DNA from: Escherichia phage VEc74 | Strand: one strand, 5' to 3' | Sequence record: MT932213.1 | DNA: 64,000 bases | Shown: positions 27,738-36,854 of the stretch, one piece after another | Layout of the letters: every line of letters begins with the position of its first letter | Numbering within the stretch: position 1 is the first letter of the stretch | The notes under the pieces: generated by a model | Told to the model about the DNA's origin: nothing | Database searches by the model: none | The model's input: only the letters and a program-made list of their open reading frames with translations | Position numbers and translations under genes: made by a program

Positions 27738-28321
27738 TGCATTCCAATTACGAAAAACTGTGGACGAGTAATACCACCAATACAACATTTAATATTACAG
27801 CAGCAGTGTACAGTGTCAATATGGACACTATAAATCTTATCCATATCAGGAGATTTGACAGGCTCATCAATTATATATAAAATTCGCGAAAGCGATAAAC
27901 CTCTGAACTTGCTTCCTTTATTACCAATAAAACTGCGCACAGAATCAGTAAATAAACGAAAACGTATATCATCATTAGAATAACGCGAAAATTCCTTTTT
28001 AATGTTATTTGCAGAAATTTTAGCGTAAGCTGAAGTATTAGAAAGAACAATAACTGTTCCGCCATCATACAACCAATTAGCAGCAAAGTTAGTCACAGCA
28101 ATTGATTTACCGGATTGACGTCCACCATCTAGTCGAAGTGTACAATACTGTTTAAGTAAGTCTTCAAATGGCGGGATATATTCGTTTTTACAAATTTCTT
28201 CTACTCTAGCATCAGAATGGTGTGTAAAAGCATTCATCAGGGATAGATAAGGACCAGTTAAAAATGTTCTCATTTTATTCTCTCTAAATTTGGGCCATTC
28301 CATGGCGCATGAATTGTCCAT
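27734..28321 (-). CDS. P-loop NTPase-like protein (vs.8 position)
   Basis: Walker A-like GGRQSGKS; ATG at 28321 lies inside repeat copy 1. Confidence 0.5.
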   Translation of the reverse strand: MDNSCAMEWPKFRENKMRTFLTGPYLSLMNAFTHHSDARVEEICKNEYIPPFEDLLKQYCTLRLDGGRQSGKSIAVTNFAANWLYDGGTVIVLSNTSAYAKISANNIKKEFSRYSNDDIRFRLFTDSVRSFIGNKGSKFRGLSLSRILYIIDEPVKSPDMDKIYSVHIDTVHCCCNIKCCIGGITRPQFFVIGMQ

Positions 28322-28341
28322 TTCTGTATTTACCCATTACC
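28292..28341 (-). repeat. Direct repeat copy 1 (carries the start codon of 27734..28321)
   Basis: 31-nt core gaattgtccatttctgtatttacccattacc repeated 29/31 at 28947..28977. Confidence 0.6.
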
Positions 28342-28414
28342 GCACTTGGGCTCGACCTTATTACAGGTTGGCGGGAATCCCTCACAGAATCATGAGGTCC
28401 AGGTTGTTCCCATG

Positions 28415-28888
28415 TTATTTGAACGATTTAACGTACTGAATAGAACCTTTACTATTCACAAAGGCAATTTTACCATTTTTGTTATACATAGTAGCAGTAC
28501 GTTGATAGCCATAAGTTTGCTTACCAGATTGATAACCAACTAATGCAAAATTATCTTCACCCATTTTATTCTGTTTAGCGCGAATGCGTTCATGACCATG
28601 TGCCATAAGAACCTTAGCATCACCAGTTGCAATGGATCGACGAGTTTTTTCATCTTCAACTGTATTAACAAAGTCGTCAAATGAATCAAATTTAGCATGA
28701 GATTTATTATACAGTTTTCCATCTACTGCATAATTATATCCTTGTACATCCATCTCAACTTCTGTACCATCATCTAATACAGCAGTAATTTTCTGTCCTT
28801 TTTTAAATTTCAAAAGATCAGTAAAAGATTCAGCAATAATTTGAGAATTAATAGCTGCCTCAGTAATAAATTCTTGATATGTTTTCAT
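28415..28888 (-). CDS. Internal-protein-like capsid-targeted protein (CTS leader MKTYQEFITEA)
   Basis: N-terminus matches the T4 internal-protein capsid-targeting sequence with L/I-x-E cleavage context. Confidence 0.65.
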   Translation of the reverse strand: MKTYQEFITEAAINSQIIAESFTDLLKFKKGQKITAVLDDGTEVEMDVQGYNYAVDGKLYNKSHAKFDSFDDFVNTVEDEKTRRSIATGDAKVLMAHGHERIRAKQNKMGEDNFALVGYQSGKQTYGYQRTATMYNKNGKIAFVNSKGSIQYVKSFK

Positions 28889-28929
28889 GTATATCCTTTA
28901 AATGTAAATAGTTTTATTCTTTAAGTTTT

Positions 28930-28977
28930 GGACAATTCATGCGTGTGAATTGTCCGTTTCTATATTTACCCATTACC
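28930..28977 (-). repeat. Direct repeat copy 2 with perfect palindrome ggacaattca/tgaattgtcc; start codon position reads ACG
   Basis: 28947..28977 is 29/31 identical to copy 1; 28930..28955 forms a 10-bp-stem hairpin. Confidence 0.6.
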
Positions 28978-28996
28978 AGGTTCGAACTCGGCTTTA

Positions 28997-29561
28997 TTAA
29001 GAATTACCGCGGGCTGCATTAGCAACGGCGTAAGCGTACTGAACATTAGCGTCTTTAAACGTACCTTTAGAGGTATCTAGTTCTGCCTTAAAGCCACCTT
29101 TAGTCATAACCTCGGCGAATTCTTTACGGAAAGCCATTGCATCAAGACTTCTCCATGATGATTTGTGCTTGGCGAATTCAAGACCAGCGTAGTTGACAGC
29201 CTTAGCTAATTTATTATCAATAACCCATTTACCAGCTTTAGGCACAAACACCGGGCCTTTCTGTTTAGAGAACAGTTTTAAATTCCAGCGACGAAGGTCA
29301 CCGTCGGCTTTAACAAAAGCTGCGTCTAAGTTACTAGCAACAACATCCTGAATATGGCCAAATTTAAGCCCATCAACTTCAATATTTAGATCGGTACGCC
29401 AGCGAAGTCCTTCCCAAGCGAAAGCTTTAAAGTCGGAAGCCTTTGTAGCTAAGTACCGTTCAATAGGAGCCGTTTCCCGATCGATAGGTCCACTCATCTT
29501 TATTAATGCCTTTGGCCTTTTCCACAGAAGCTTCAGCGATAAATTCTTTATACGTTTTCAT
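28997..29561 (-). pseudogene. Internal-protein-like gene with frameshift between CTS leader and body (or sequencing indel)
   Basis: ATG at 29561 encodes MKTYKEFIAEASVEKAKGINKDEW... which stops after 33 codons; the 166-aa body (28997..29497) is in the -1 frame and that frame is open across the junction. Confidence 0.45.
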
Positions 29562-29577
29562 GTGTTTCCTTTAATTT

Positions 29578-29895
29578 TTATTCTTTAGGGAAGTTTTTAG
29601 AATATGCATCATAAAGCTTATTTCCAATACGGCGGAAAACTCTAGCCGCAAAACGATTTTCTGGGTTTTTAATCATGATTTGCATCATATAAGTACCCGC
29701 GTCAGAAAGAGCTTCTTCATAGTACCCATTAATTTCTTTAAGAGTCCTACGTTTACCACCAGGACCATCAACAGTGATTTTCCATTTACCTGTAGAAGTG
29801 CGACTTGGCGGCTCAACTTGTTCAATCCAGATATAACCACCTTCTACACGTTGTCCTGCAGCAGATTCTGCAATAAATTCTTGATAGGTTTTCAT
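29578..29895 (-). CDS. Internal-protein-like capsid-targeted protein (CTS leader MKTYQEFIAES)
   Basis: 105 aa, basic; CTS leader; own early promoter. Confidence 0.65.
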   Translation of the reverse strand: MKTYQEFIAESAAGQRVEGGYIWIEQVEPPSRTSTGKWKITVDGPGGKRRTLKEINGYYEEALSDAGTYMMQIMIKNPENRFAARVFRRIGNKLYDAYSKNFPKE

Positions 29896-29944
29896 GTGTT
29901 TCCTTTAAATATTTTAATTAGTAATTTGTCTCTTCAAGTAACTG

Positions 29945-29982
29945 TGAATATACTATCACAATTCCAAGAGAAAGTAAACAAC
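29945..29982 (-). promoter_or_regulatory. T4-type early promoter
   Basis: minus-strand GTTTAC (plus 29974..29979) upstream of 29578..29895. Confidence 0.45.
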
Positions 29983-29983
29983 T

Positions 29984-30952
<969 letters not shown>

Positions 30953-30971
<19 letters not shown>

Positions 30972-31315
30972 TCACTCACAAACTCTTTCATTGACTCATT
31001 TTCAATATAAGACATGTAGCTATTATATTCCTTTAATTGTATTTTGTAATCCTTTTTTCTTTGCCAATTTATTTTAAAATTATCATAATGAAAATATAAA
31101 ATGATACCAAAGAATGAAAACAATGAAATAATTTTAGTATAACAAAGCTCACTCCAAACTTCTGTTATATTTACTGTGCCGTCGATGTTTAAAATAAGAC
31201 AGTCAATTAACAATCCAAAAAGACTACCCGCAAGAGCTGCAGCCAACGCCACAGCAAAAATTAAAAATGACTCAGGAAACGAATATTTGACTTTATTTAG
31301 TTTTGGCTTTTGCAT
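30953..31315 (-). CDS. Membrane protein
   Basis: Hydrophobic segments (FLIFAVALAAALAGSLFGLLIDCLIL). Confidence 0.45.
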
Positions 31316-31710
31316 CGTGATTCCTTAACAAATTTCATAATTTCATCAAATTCATACGCAGCAAGTTTAAGCTGATGTTCCTTTTTAATCTTTTTACACT
31401 GTGCTTTCCAATCACGTACGCGTTTACGATAATGTCTTCCTTGATACCAGTATCCTACCCAATTTACGGGTACTAATAAAAGTGGAACTATTAATGGAAG
31501 AATTAGCATTAACACAAGTATTTCGCCAGAATCAATATCAGTCATAACATCTAAAACACCTCCAATAATCAATAGAATTACAAATGATATAAGTATAACA
31601 GGACCTATTAATACATCAGTAGAAATTATCTGACGCTTTAATTCATACTTCAACGGTTTACTTGGAAGGTATAGTGATGGTTTTGACATATTCTCTACAT
31701 TCCTTAACAA
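31297..31710 (-). CDS. Membrane protein
   Basis: Two TM-like segments; basic C-terminus. Confidence 0.45.
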   Translation of the reverse strand: MLRNVENMSKPSLYLPSKPLKYELKRQIISTDVLIGPVILISFVILLIIGGVLDVMTDIDSGEILVLMLILPLIVPLLLVPVNWVGYWYQGRHYRKRVRDWKAQCKKIKKEHQLKLAAYEFDEIMKFVKESRCKSQN

Positions 31711-32266
31711 ATTTTTCTAGTAATAAATCACTTTCAAAATTAGGATTTTCCACTAATTTATCAAAAAGATCATCAACAATATTCAAGATATTTCTTTTAC
31801 TAAGAATACGTTTATTTTCATGCTTCGTTTCAGAATCAACTATAAGAGTAAAGAAATATTTCTTTCCCTGAAATTTTACCGTAGTATCAATATAGAATAA
31901 ATTTGACTTTTGTAAGTTACGTTTAAACCATGCGTCACTTAAACTATAAACACCGAGATAATCAAAATCGTCGTTTAAATAACAAACTGTCCATTCAGGA
32001 GAAATGAAATCAGTAAATTCAACATCAAAATCGCATGTCAATGAATAAATTGATTCAATACTGTTAATAAGTATTCCAGGACGTATTAAAGACTTTTTAC
32101 CTCTGGAAAATCTTCCAGAAAGACTTTCATCAGTTTCATATGAAGAACCCCAATAATAATTACGTCCTTCTGCCATGCGTTTAAGAGCATTTAGCAATTG
32201 GTCTGGAACATCAACCTGTCTTTGGAACTCTTCAAACATTGAATTGAAATCACTTTGCATTTTCAT
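31658..32266 (-). CDS. Hypothetical protein
   Basis: ORF track, 202 aa. Confidence 0.5.
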   Translation of the reverse strand: MKMQSDFNSMFEEFQRQVDVPDQLLNALKRMAEGRNYYWGSSYETDESLSGRFSRGKKSLIRPGILINSIESIYSLTCDFDVEFTDFISPEWTVCYLNDDFDYLGVYSLSDAWFKRNLQKSNLFYIDTTVKFQGKKYFFTLIVDSETKHENKRILSKRNILNIVDDLFDKLVENPNFESDLLLEKFVKECREYVKTITIPSK

Positions 32267-32286
32267 TCCTATTTACTCCAAGTAAT

Positions 32287-32302
32287 AGGGGCCGAAGCCC
32301 CT
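32287..32302 (-). terminator. GC-rich tetraloop hairpin (weak terminator/RNA-stability element)
   Basis: aggggccgaagcccct directly after stop of 32308..32901. Confidence 0.35.
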
Positions 32303-32307
32303 TATCA

Positions 32308-32901
32308 TTATTTCAGAGAATTAATATATTCCTGAACATCGGCAGAGGTAGTTTCAACCCCAGAAATATTACCATTAAAGGTTTCAACTCGAGCAAGAGT
32401 ATCTTCAATATCAACCTTAGTTAGCGCTGCGATTTCAACTACATCATCGGCAGTACTAATTCCAAGGGCATTTGCCGCACGAGTTTCACGGATATATTCC
32501 AATTTAACTGCAAGTTCTTGGCGAGCATCATCTAACTCAACTACTTTCTTGGCGATTTCAATTCGCATTTCAGCATAACCATCAGCTTTAGTAGTCAACT
32601 GTTCAGCTGTTCGACGATATAACAAGCCAAGTTTAGCATGCATTGTTACATCTTGACCTTCGGAAAGAAGCTTGCGAATTTCACGCTCTTTTGATTCGGC
32701 TTGCTTATTCTTTTCGACAATAAGTTCACGAATACGCTTTTCTTCATTAATAGATTTAACGGAAGCAGTTTTTAGATCTTTAATCTTATCAAGTAGTTTT
32801 GCTGCTGCAGCAGTATACTGTTCTTCAACAGATAGATTTTTAGCCATAGCAGAACCAAGTTTAGTGCGAATAAACTCAACAATTTTCTTCAGTGTGTTCA
32901 T
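32308..32901 (-). CDS. Hypothetical coiled-coil protein
   Basis: 197 aa, long helical/charged repeats. Confidence 0.5.
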
Positions 32902-32944
32902 AGTATTTCCTTAGGTTGATTAAGATTTAAAATCCGTGAGAGTA

Positions 32945-33121
32945 TTATACTCCGGATAGTTTGTAAACTATTTCAACATCGCCTTTTGCTGCTTTATAAC
33001 CTTCAGCCCAAGATACAACCGAGTTTTTATCTGAAGATTCAAATTCTGGCATTGGGCTTTCGCCAATGTTCACGCAGTATGTTTCTTCATTTTCGTCGAA
33101 CCAAATAATTAAAGTAGTCAT
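32945..33121 (-). CDS. Hypothetical small protein (58 aa)
   Basis: MTTLIIWFDENEETYCVNIGESPMPEF...; GGAGAA SD; absent from ORF track. Confidence 0.4.
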   Translation of the reverse strand: MTTLIIWFDENEETYCVNIGESPMPEFESSDKNSVVSWAEGYKAAKGDVEIVYKLSGV

Positions 33122-33189
33122 TTATTTCTCCGTTTCTGTATTTGTTTTGATAAGTCTATAATAACACCGTCCTTGGTGTTTGTACACAA

Positions 33190-33453
33190 TTATTTCATAT
33201 TATTGAAATATTCTTCTGCGATTTCGTCGTTATCATGGTAAACTTTAGAAGACAGTTTAACATAACCTTCTGCCGTGAACATATTAATCACAACCTTTAC
33301 AGTATACCACTGACCATCTTCATTACCCATTACTGCATAGGTTTCAAACATCGGATGGTCAGGACCGATAACTTTAATATCATTCACTGTACGACCAAAA
33401 TCTTCTGAAACGCATTTCATAAAGAAGTTGAACAGTTCACCGTAATTATCCAT
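33190..33453 (-). CDS. Hypothetical protein (start at ATG 33453)
   Basis: ORF track 33190..33516 trimmed; GGAGAATAAAATG context; own early promoter. Confidence 0.5.
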   Translation of the reverse strand: MDNYGELFNFFMKCVSEDFGRTVNDIKVIGPDHPMFETYAVMGNEDGQWYTVKVVINMFTAEGYVKLSSKVYHDNDEIAEEYFNNMK

Positions 33454-33494
33454 TTTATTCTCCAAGTTGTTTTCTGTATCAGTAGTTGATAGTT

Positions 33495-33528
33495 GTATAG
33501 TACCATGGAAGGACAAGGATGTAAACTG
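33495..33528 (-). promoter_or_regulatory. T4-type early promoter
   Basis: minus-strand GTTTAC (plus 33521..33526), TGGTACTATAC. Confidence 0.45.
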
Positions 33529-33654
33529 TTTTGTGAAAAAATTTTTAAAAGTTTTAGGGAATTCTAGGGGCAGGGAGGGGCAATTAAAAGATAGGATAAT
33601 ATATTATAAAGGATAGAAACTAAATGATGCCTAGAGATGTCTGGAAAGGCCTAG

Positions 33655-33688
33655 ATACCAAAAAGCCCCAACCTTTCGGTCGGGGCTA
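33655..33688 (-). terminator. Rho-independent terminator at the end of the tRNA/small-RNA transcription unit
   Basis: minus-strand GCCCCGACCGAAAGGUUGGGGC hairpin followed by UUUUUGG. Confidence 0.6.
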
Positions 33689-33699
33689 AGCCTTGCGGC

Positions 33700-34003
33700 A
33701 ACCTTGTCGGGGTTCCACCTGCTAAGGCAAGTGTTTGTACGAAACGCCGGGATTCGAACCCGGTTATTAAGTAGTTGACGCTACTCAATATTTTTAAAAG
33801 GCCATATCTCGACCATATCCGAACGTTCCGTCAAAAACGCTACTCGGCTTACGGCAAAGATATTTCCTCGAATCGATAATTCGGTGCGCCGTTTCTGCTG
33901 TGATATAAGGGGACATTAACAAAACATAAAGATTTATTAATGCCAGTCCTTAAACAGGGAACATCAGTCCGACGACTTGCCGGTAGCGACCCGGCTTCTT
34001 GTC
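33700..34003 (-). ncRNA. Small stable RNA region with tRNA-like elements (T4 rnaC/rnaD-like position); boundaries not resolved
   Basis: No ORF; contains a T-arm-like CCGGGTTCGAATCCCGG and an anticodon-arm-like hairpin without an acceptor stem; lies between tRNA-Arg and the terminator. Confidence 0.3.
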
Positions 34004-34079
34004 TGGTCGAGGCAGTAGGGATCGAACCTACGACCCAGGACTTAGAAGGTCCTTGCTCTTCCTTCTGAGCTATGCCTCG
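34004..34079 (-). tRNA. tRNA-Arg (anticodon UCU)
   Basis: Hand-folded cloverleaf: acceptor CGAGGCA/TGCCTCG, anticodon loop CUUCUAA, T-loop GGTTCGATCC, encoded CCA. Confidence 0.85.
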
Positions 34080-34083
34080 TATT

Positions 34084-34158
34084 TGGCGGACGTGATAGGA
34101 TTCGAACCTATAACCAATCGCTTAACAGGCGATCGCTCTGCCATTGAGCTACACATCC
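34084..34158 (-). tRNA. tRNA-Asn (anticodon GUU)
   Basis: Acceptor GGATGTG/CACGTCC, anticodon stem ATCGC/GCGAT with loop CUGUUAA, T-loop GGTTCGAATCC, CCA. Confidence 0.85.
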
Positions 34159-34162
34159 AAAT

Positions 34163-34249
34163 TGGTGGGGAGTGGTGGAGTCGAACCACCCGAGTCGCAA
34201 TGACAATGGATTTACAGTCCACACCGCTACCTCTACGGGATAACTCCCC
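34163..34249 (-). tRNA. tRNA-Tyr (anticodon GUA), long variable arm
   Basis: Acceptor GGGGAGT/ACTCCCC, anticodon loop CUGUAAA, long variable arm, T-loop GGTTCGACTCC, CCA. Confidence 0.8.
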
Positions 34250-34259
34250 CAAATTAATT

Positions 34260-34334
34260 TGGTGGCCCTGGGTGGAATTGAACCACCATCTGGCGATTAT
34301 GAGTCGCTTGCTTGAACCTTCCAGCTACAGGGCC
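34260..34334 (-). tRNA. tRNA-Ile (anticodon CAU, T4 tRNA-Ile type; tRNA-Met not excluded)
   Basis: Acceptor GGCCCTG/CAGGGCC, anticodon loop CUCAUAA, T-loop GGTTCAATTCC, CCA. Confidence 0.8.
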
Positions 34335-34335
34335 T

Positions 34336-34411
34336 TGGTGCTGATTGACGGAATCGAACCGCCGACCTTCTCATTACAAGTGAGTTGCTCTACCTACTAA
34401 GCTAAATCAGC
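34336..34411 (-). tRNA. tRNA-Thr (anticodon UGU)
   Basis: Acceptor GCTGATT/AATCAGC, anticodon loop CUUGUAA, T-loop GGTTCGATTCC, CCA. Confidence 0.85.
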
Positions 34412-34416
34412 AAAAC

Positions 34417-34506
34417 TGGCGGAGGCGATAGGATTTGAACCTATGAGTCGCCGGAGCGACTGCCGGTTTTCAAGACCGGTGCATTAAACCACTCTGCCAC
34501 GCCTCC
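34417..34506 (-). tRNA. tRNA-Ser (anticodon UGA), long variable arm
   Basis: Acceptor GGAGGCG/CGCCTCC, anticodon stem CCGGT/ACCGG with loop CUUGAAA, long variable arm, CCA. Confidence 0.85.
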
Positions 34507-34508
34507 AG

Positions 34509-34582
34509 TCTCCGCGGCAGGATTTGAACCTGCGACATTCTGCTCCCAAAGCAGACGCTCTACCAAACTGAGCTACACGGAG
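34509..34582 (-). tRNA. tRNA-Pro (anticodon UGG), CCA not encoded
   Basis: Acceptor CTCCGTG/CGCGGAG, anticodon loop UUUGGGA, T-loop GGTTCAAATCC; discriminator followed by CU then tRNA-Ser (2-nt spacer). Confidence 0.85.
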
Positions 34583-34592
34583 TAAATTAAAT

Positions 34593-34666
<74 letters not shown>

Positions 34667-34671
34667 AAATT

Positions 34672-34758
34672 TGGTGCGAGAAGTGGGACTCGAACCCACA
34701 AGGAAATCATTCCGCAGCATTTTAAGTGCTGTGCCTTTACCAATTTGGCCATTCTCGC
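34672..34758 (-). tRNA. tRNA-Leu (anticodon UAA), long variable arm
   Basis: Acceptor GCGAGAA/TTCTCGC, anticodon stem CAGCA/TGCTG with loop CUUAAAA, long variable arm, T-loop GGTTCGAGTCC, CCA. Confidence 0.85.
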
Positions 34759-34764
34759 GCTATA

Positions 34765-35397
34765 TTATTTATTACGTGAAAAAGACTGTTCTATCAATTC
34801 TGGACACTTTCGTTCTATCCATTTTCTAGCTTTTTGTGGGCTTATACCTATTATTTTAGCAGCTTTACTAACCCATCCAAATTTAGAATAATCGATTTTA
34901 ACTAATTCTTCGTAAATTTCATCAGTTAAAATCTTTTCATTAATATTTACCAGTAAATGATATAATTTATTATCATTAGCAATTTTAATGAATCTTTTAT
35001 AGTTTCCGCCTTTACTTAAGCCTAATGAAGTAATTGCAGATGATATAGTAGCCGAATTTAATAGTGCGTTTAAAATTTCTTCATCACTAACATTATAACG
35101 CTTTTTATTATTTTTAATATTTTTACCAGCAAAAGTATCAGTTTGCGAATGGCAGTTTGGACATAATAATCTTAAATTTGATTTAAGATGATTTTTGTTA
35201 TTTCCATCAATATGGTCTAATTGCAGAACAATATGCTTATTTTGCCATTTTGAAATTTTACAAATTGCACACTCATATGGAAAAATATTTTCTTTTATTA
35301 TTTTGTCTTTCAGCTTTCCTGTACTAAAATTTGGATGTTTTCCTTCAAAAATTTCAGCTAATTTAGTATCCATAATATGATTCCCAATTATTAACAA
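34765..35397 (-). CDS. HNH homing-endonuclease-like protein (free-standing)
   Basis: HNH signature CAIC...LQLDHIDGNNKNH...NLRLLCPNCH plus C-terminal HTH-like region; stop 6 nt upstream of tRNA-Leu. Confidence 0.7.
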   Translation of the reverse strand: MLIIGNHIMDTKLAEIFEGKHPNFSTGKLKDKIIKENIFPYECAICKISKWQNKHIVLQLDHIDGNNKNHLKSNLRLLCPNCHSQTDTFAGKNIKNNKKRYNVSDEEILNALLNSATISSAITSLGLSKGGNYKRFIKIANDNKLYHLLVNINEKILTDEIYEELVKIDYSKFGWVSKAAKIIGISPQKARKWIERKCPELIEQSFSRNK

Positions 35398-35472
35398 AGG
35401 CTCTCAAATAAGAACCCTTGATGATAGAGGGTATTAATCAGTGCGGTATGAGTTAATAATAACAAATAATTC

Positions 35473-35997
35473 TTAAAGCAAATTAAACATTTTAACGGTC
35501 GGCAAAACAATTTCTTCTTCTATATAAGAGTATTTAACACTCTCAACTACACGCAAAAAATCATAATCATAATACTCAGAAGCATTACCTAAAATATTAG
35601 TAAGTCCTTCAAGCACTTTATTACCATTCACAAAGAATAAGTCAAATACACGTTCTTCGTCTTCTTCGGATTTATTACCAAGGTCAACTTCTATGTCAAA
35701 GACCTTTTTAATGAATTCTGGATAAAGTTGTTCTGAGAACAGTCCTTCAACCAAGTATTCATAAATAAAAAGCGATTGCTCGCTGAACAAGCCATTACCA
35801 CAATAACGTTCAGCTTTAGTACTAGAATGTCTGCTTTTAAACTTCTTTAAAAGATATTGGAACTGTAAGATTTCATGCTCTTCTACGCCAAACAGTGTTT
35901 TAGTTTTATAATTGTCACCATCATTTTCCCAGGTAGTGACATCAATTACGTAACCCTGCGGAATTGTAGTACCTAAACAAATATTCATTTTCACCAC
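35473..35997 (-). CDS. Hypothetical protein
   Basis: ORF track, 174 aa. Confidence 0.5.
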   Translation of the reverse strand: MVKMNICLGTTIPQGYVIDVTTWENDGDNYKTKTLFGVEEHEILQFQYLLKKFKSRHSSTKAERYCGNGLFSEQSLFIYEYLVEGLFSEQLYPEFIKKVFDIEVDLGNKSEEDEERVFDLFFVNGNKVLEGLTNILGNASEYYDYDFLRVVESVKYSYIEEEIVLPTVKMFNLL

Positions 35998-36281
35998 GCT
36001 GCATTAATATAAGTATATTTAATACATTCAAGACTTAAAGGATTCTTGAAAATATCATATTCAAGAGGACCTTTTTCTGTTTCAATAAAGAAATCAAAAT
36101 TTACTGTATTAAATTTACGGTCTTCCTTCACTAATTTAACCTGAGAAGATGAACGGTCAATGTAAACCTTTTCAACTTCAAAACATGTTAAAATGCCATA
36201 ATCATCAATCAAGGCTTTAGCTGCTTCTTGATCATATTTATATCCATTTTCAACGGATGATACTTTCGCATAAAGAATCAT
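35991..36281 (-). CDS. Hypothetical protein
   Basis: ORF track. Confidence 0.45.
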   Translation of the reverse strand: MILYAKVSSVENGYKYDQEAAKALIDDYGILTCFEVEKVYIDRSSSQVKLVKEDRKFNTVNFDFFIETEKGPLEYDIFKNPLSLECIKYTYINAAW

Positions 36282-36283
36282 TA

Positions 36284-36667
36284 TCAGCCTTCATCAACAA
36301 TAGTATGAGTATGGGCATTTACGATTTGCCACCAATCAAAGCGATTAGAACCATACATCGGTTTGTTTTCATTTTCTTTGATAATATCACGGAGTTCATC
36401 TTCGGTAGCGGCTTTCGCGATTAAATCAGCATATCCACCACGAGGATAATAATTATCACCTGCAAAAAGTAAAAAATTTGGTGTAATATTATTGAACTCT
36501 TCAAGAGTAATAACTGTTCCTGATGGTAGTTGAACAATCTCTACATAGTTATATCCTAATTTTTGAGCAGCATCTACTGCTTCAAGCAGAGTATCATGAG
36601 CCCGTCCTATTTGGCAATTTGGCTTTTTAGATGGATTAGCCTGATAATCCGCGTACACTTTATACAT
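36284..36667 (-). CDS. Hypothetical protein (start at ATG 36667 with AGGTGA SD)
   Basis: ORF track 36284..36706 trimmed. Confidence 0.45.
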   Translation of the reverse strand: MYKVYADYQANPSKKPNCQIGRAHDTLLEAVDAAQKLGYNYVEIVQLPSGTVITLEEFNNITPNFLLFAGDNYYPRGGYADLIAKAATEDELRDIIKENENKPMYGSNRFDWWQIVNAHTHTIVDEG

Positions 36668-36668
36668 T

Positions 36669-36854
36669 CTATTCACCTTTAGAAATTTTATCCATAACGA
36701 TAGCAATTAAACCAATTAAAAATGCTACTACAAGTGAAAACACATTTTCTGCTGTAGTTAATAATCCGCATATAAATCCAACAAACATTGAAAAACTAAA
36801 AGCGGAAGCAGAAATTGCAATAGCAGCATTTCGAATTAATTCACAACGTTTCAT
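36669..36854 (-). CDS. Small membrane protein (61 aa, two hydrophobic helices)
   Basis: AAIAISASAFSFSMFVGFICGLL and FSLVVAFLIGLIAIV; own early promoter and GAGGAG SD. Confidence 0.5.
   Translation of the reverse strand: MKRCELIRNAAIAISASAFSFSMFVGFICGLLTTAENVFSLVVAFLIGLIAIVMDKISKGE

Noticed and set aside
306-27880. Plus-strand ORFs of 60-130 aa inside the minus-strand early region (306..530, 1154..1378, 3117..3299, 4077..4274, 6999..7196, 7769..7993, 9056..9274, 11922..12182, 14373..14555, 17202..17390, 18207..18449, 18743..18973, 19604..19819, 21900..22097, 22057..22272, 22724..22924, 24033..24257, 24229..24522, 25847..26059, 26149..26373, 27032..27415, 27370..27624, 27692..27880)
   Set aside because: They lie antisense to well-supported genes, lack Shine-Dalgarno sequences, and have the low-complexity composition typical of shadow ORFs in AT-rich DNA.
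27734-28321. Cys-rich C-terminal tail (HCCCNIKCC) of the vs.8-position P-loop protein as a possible metal-binding domain
   Set aside because: The tail overlaps the start of the next gene and is low-complexity; it could equally be an artefact of the overlap, so no functional call was made.
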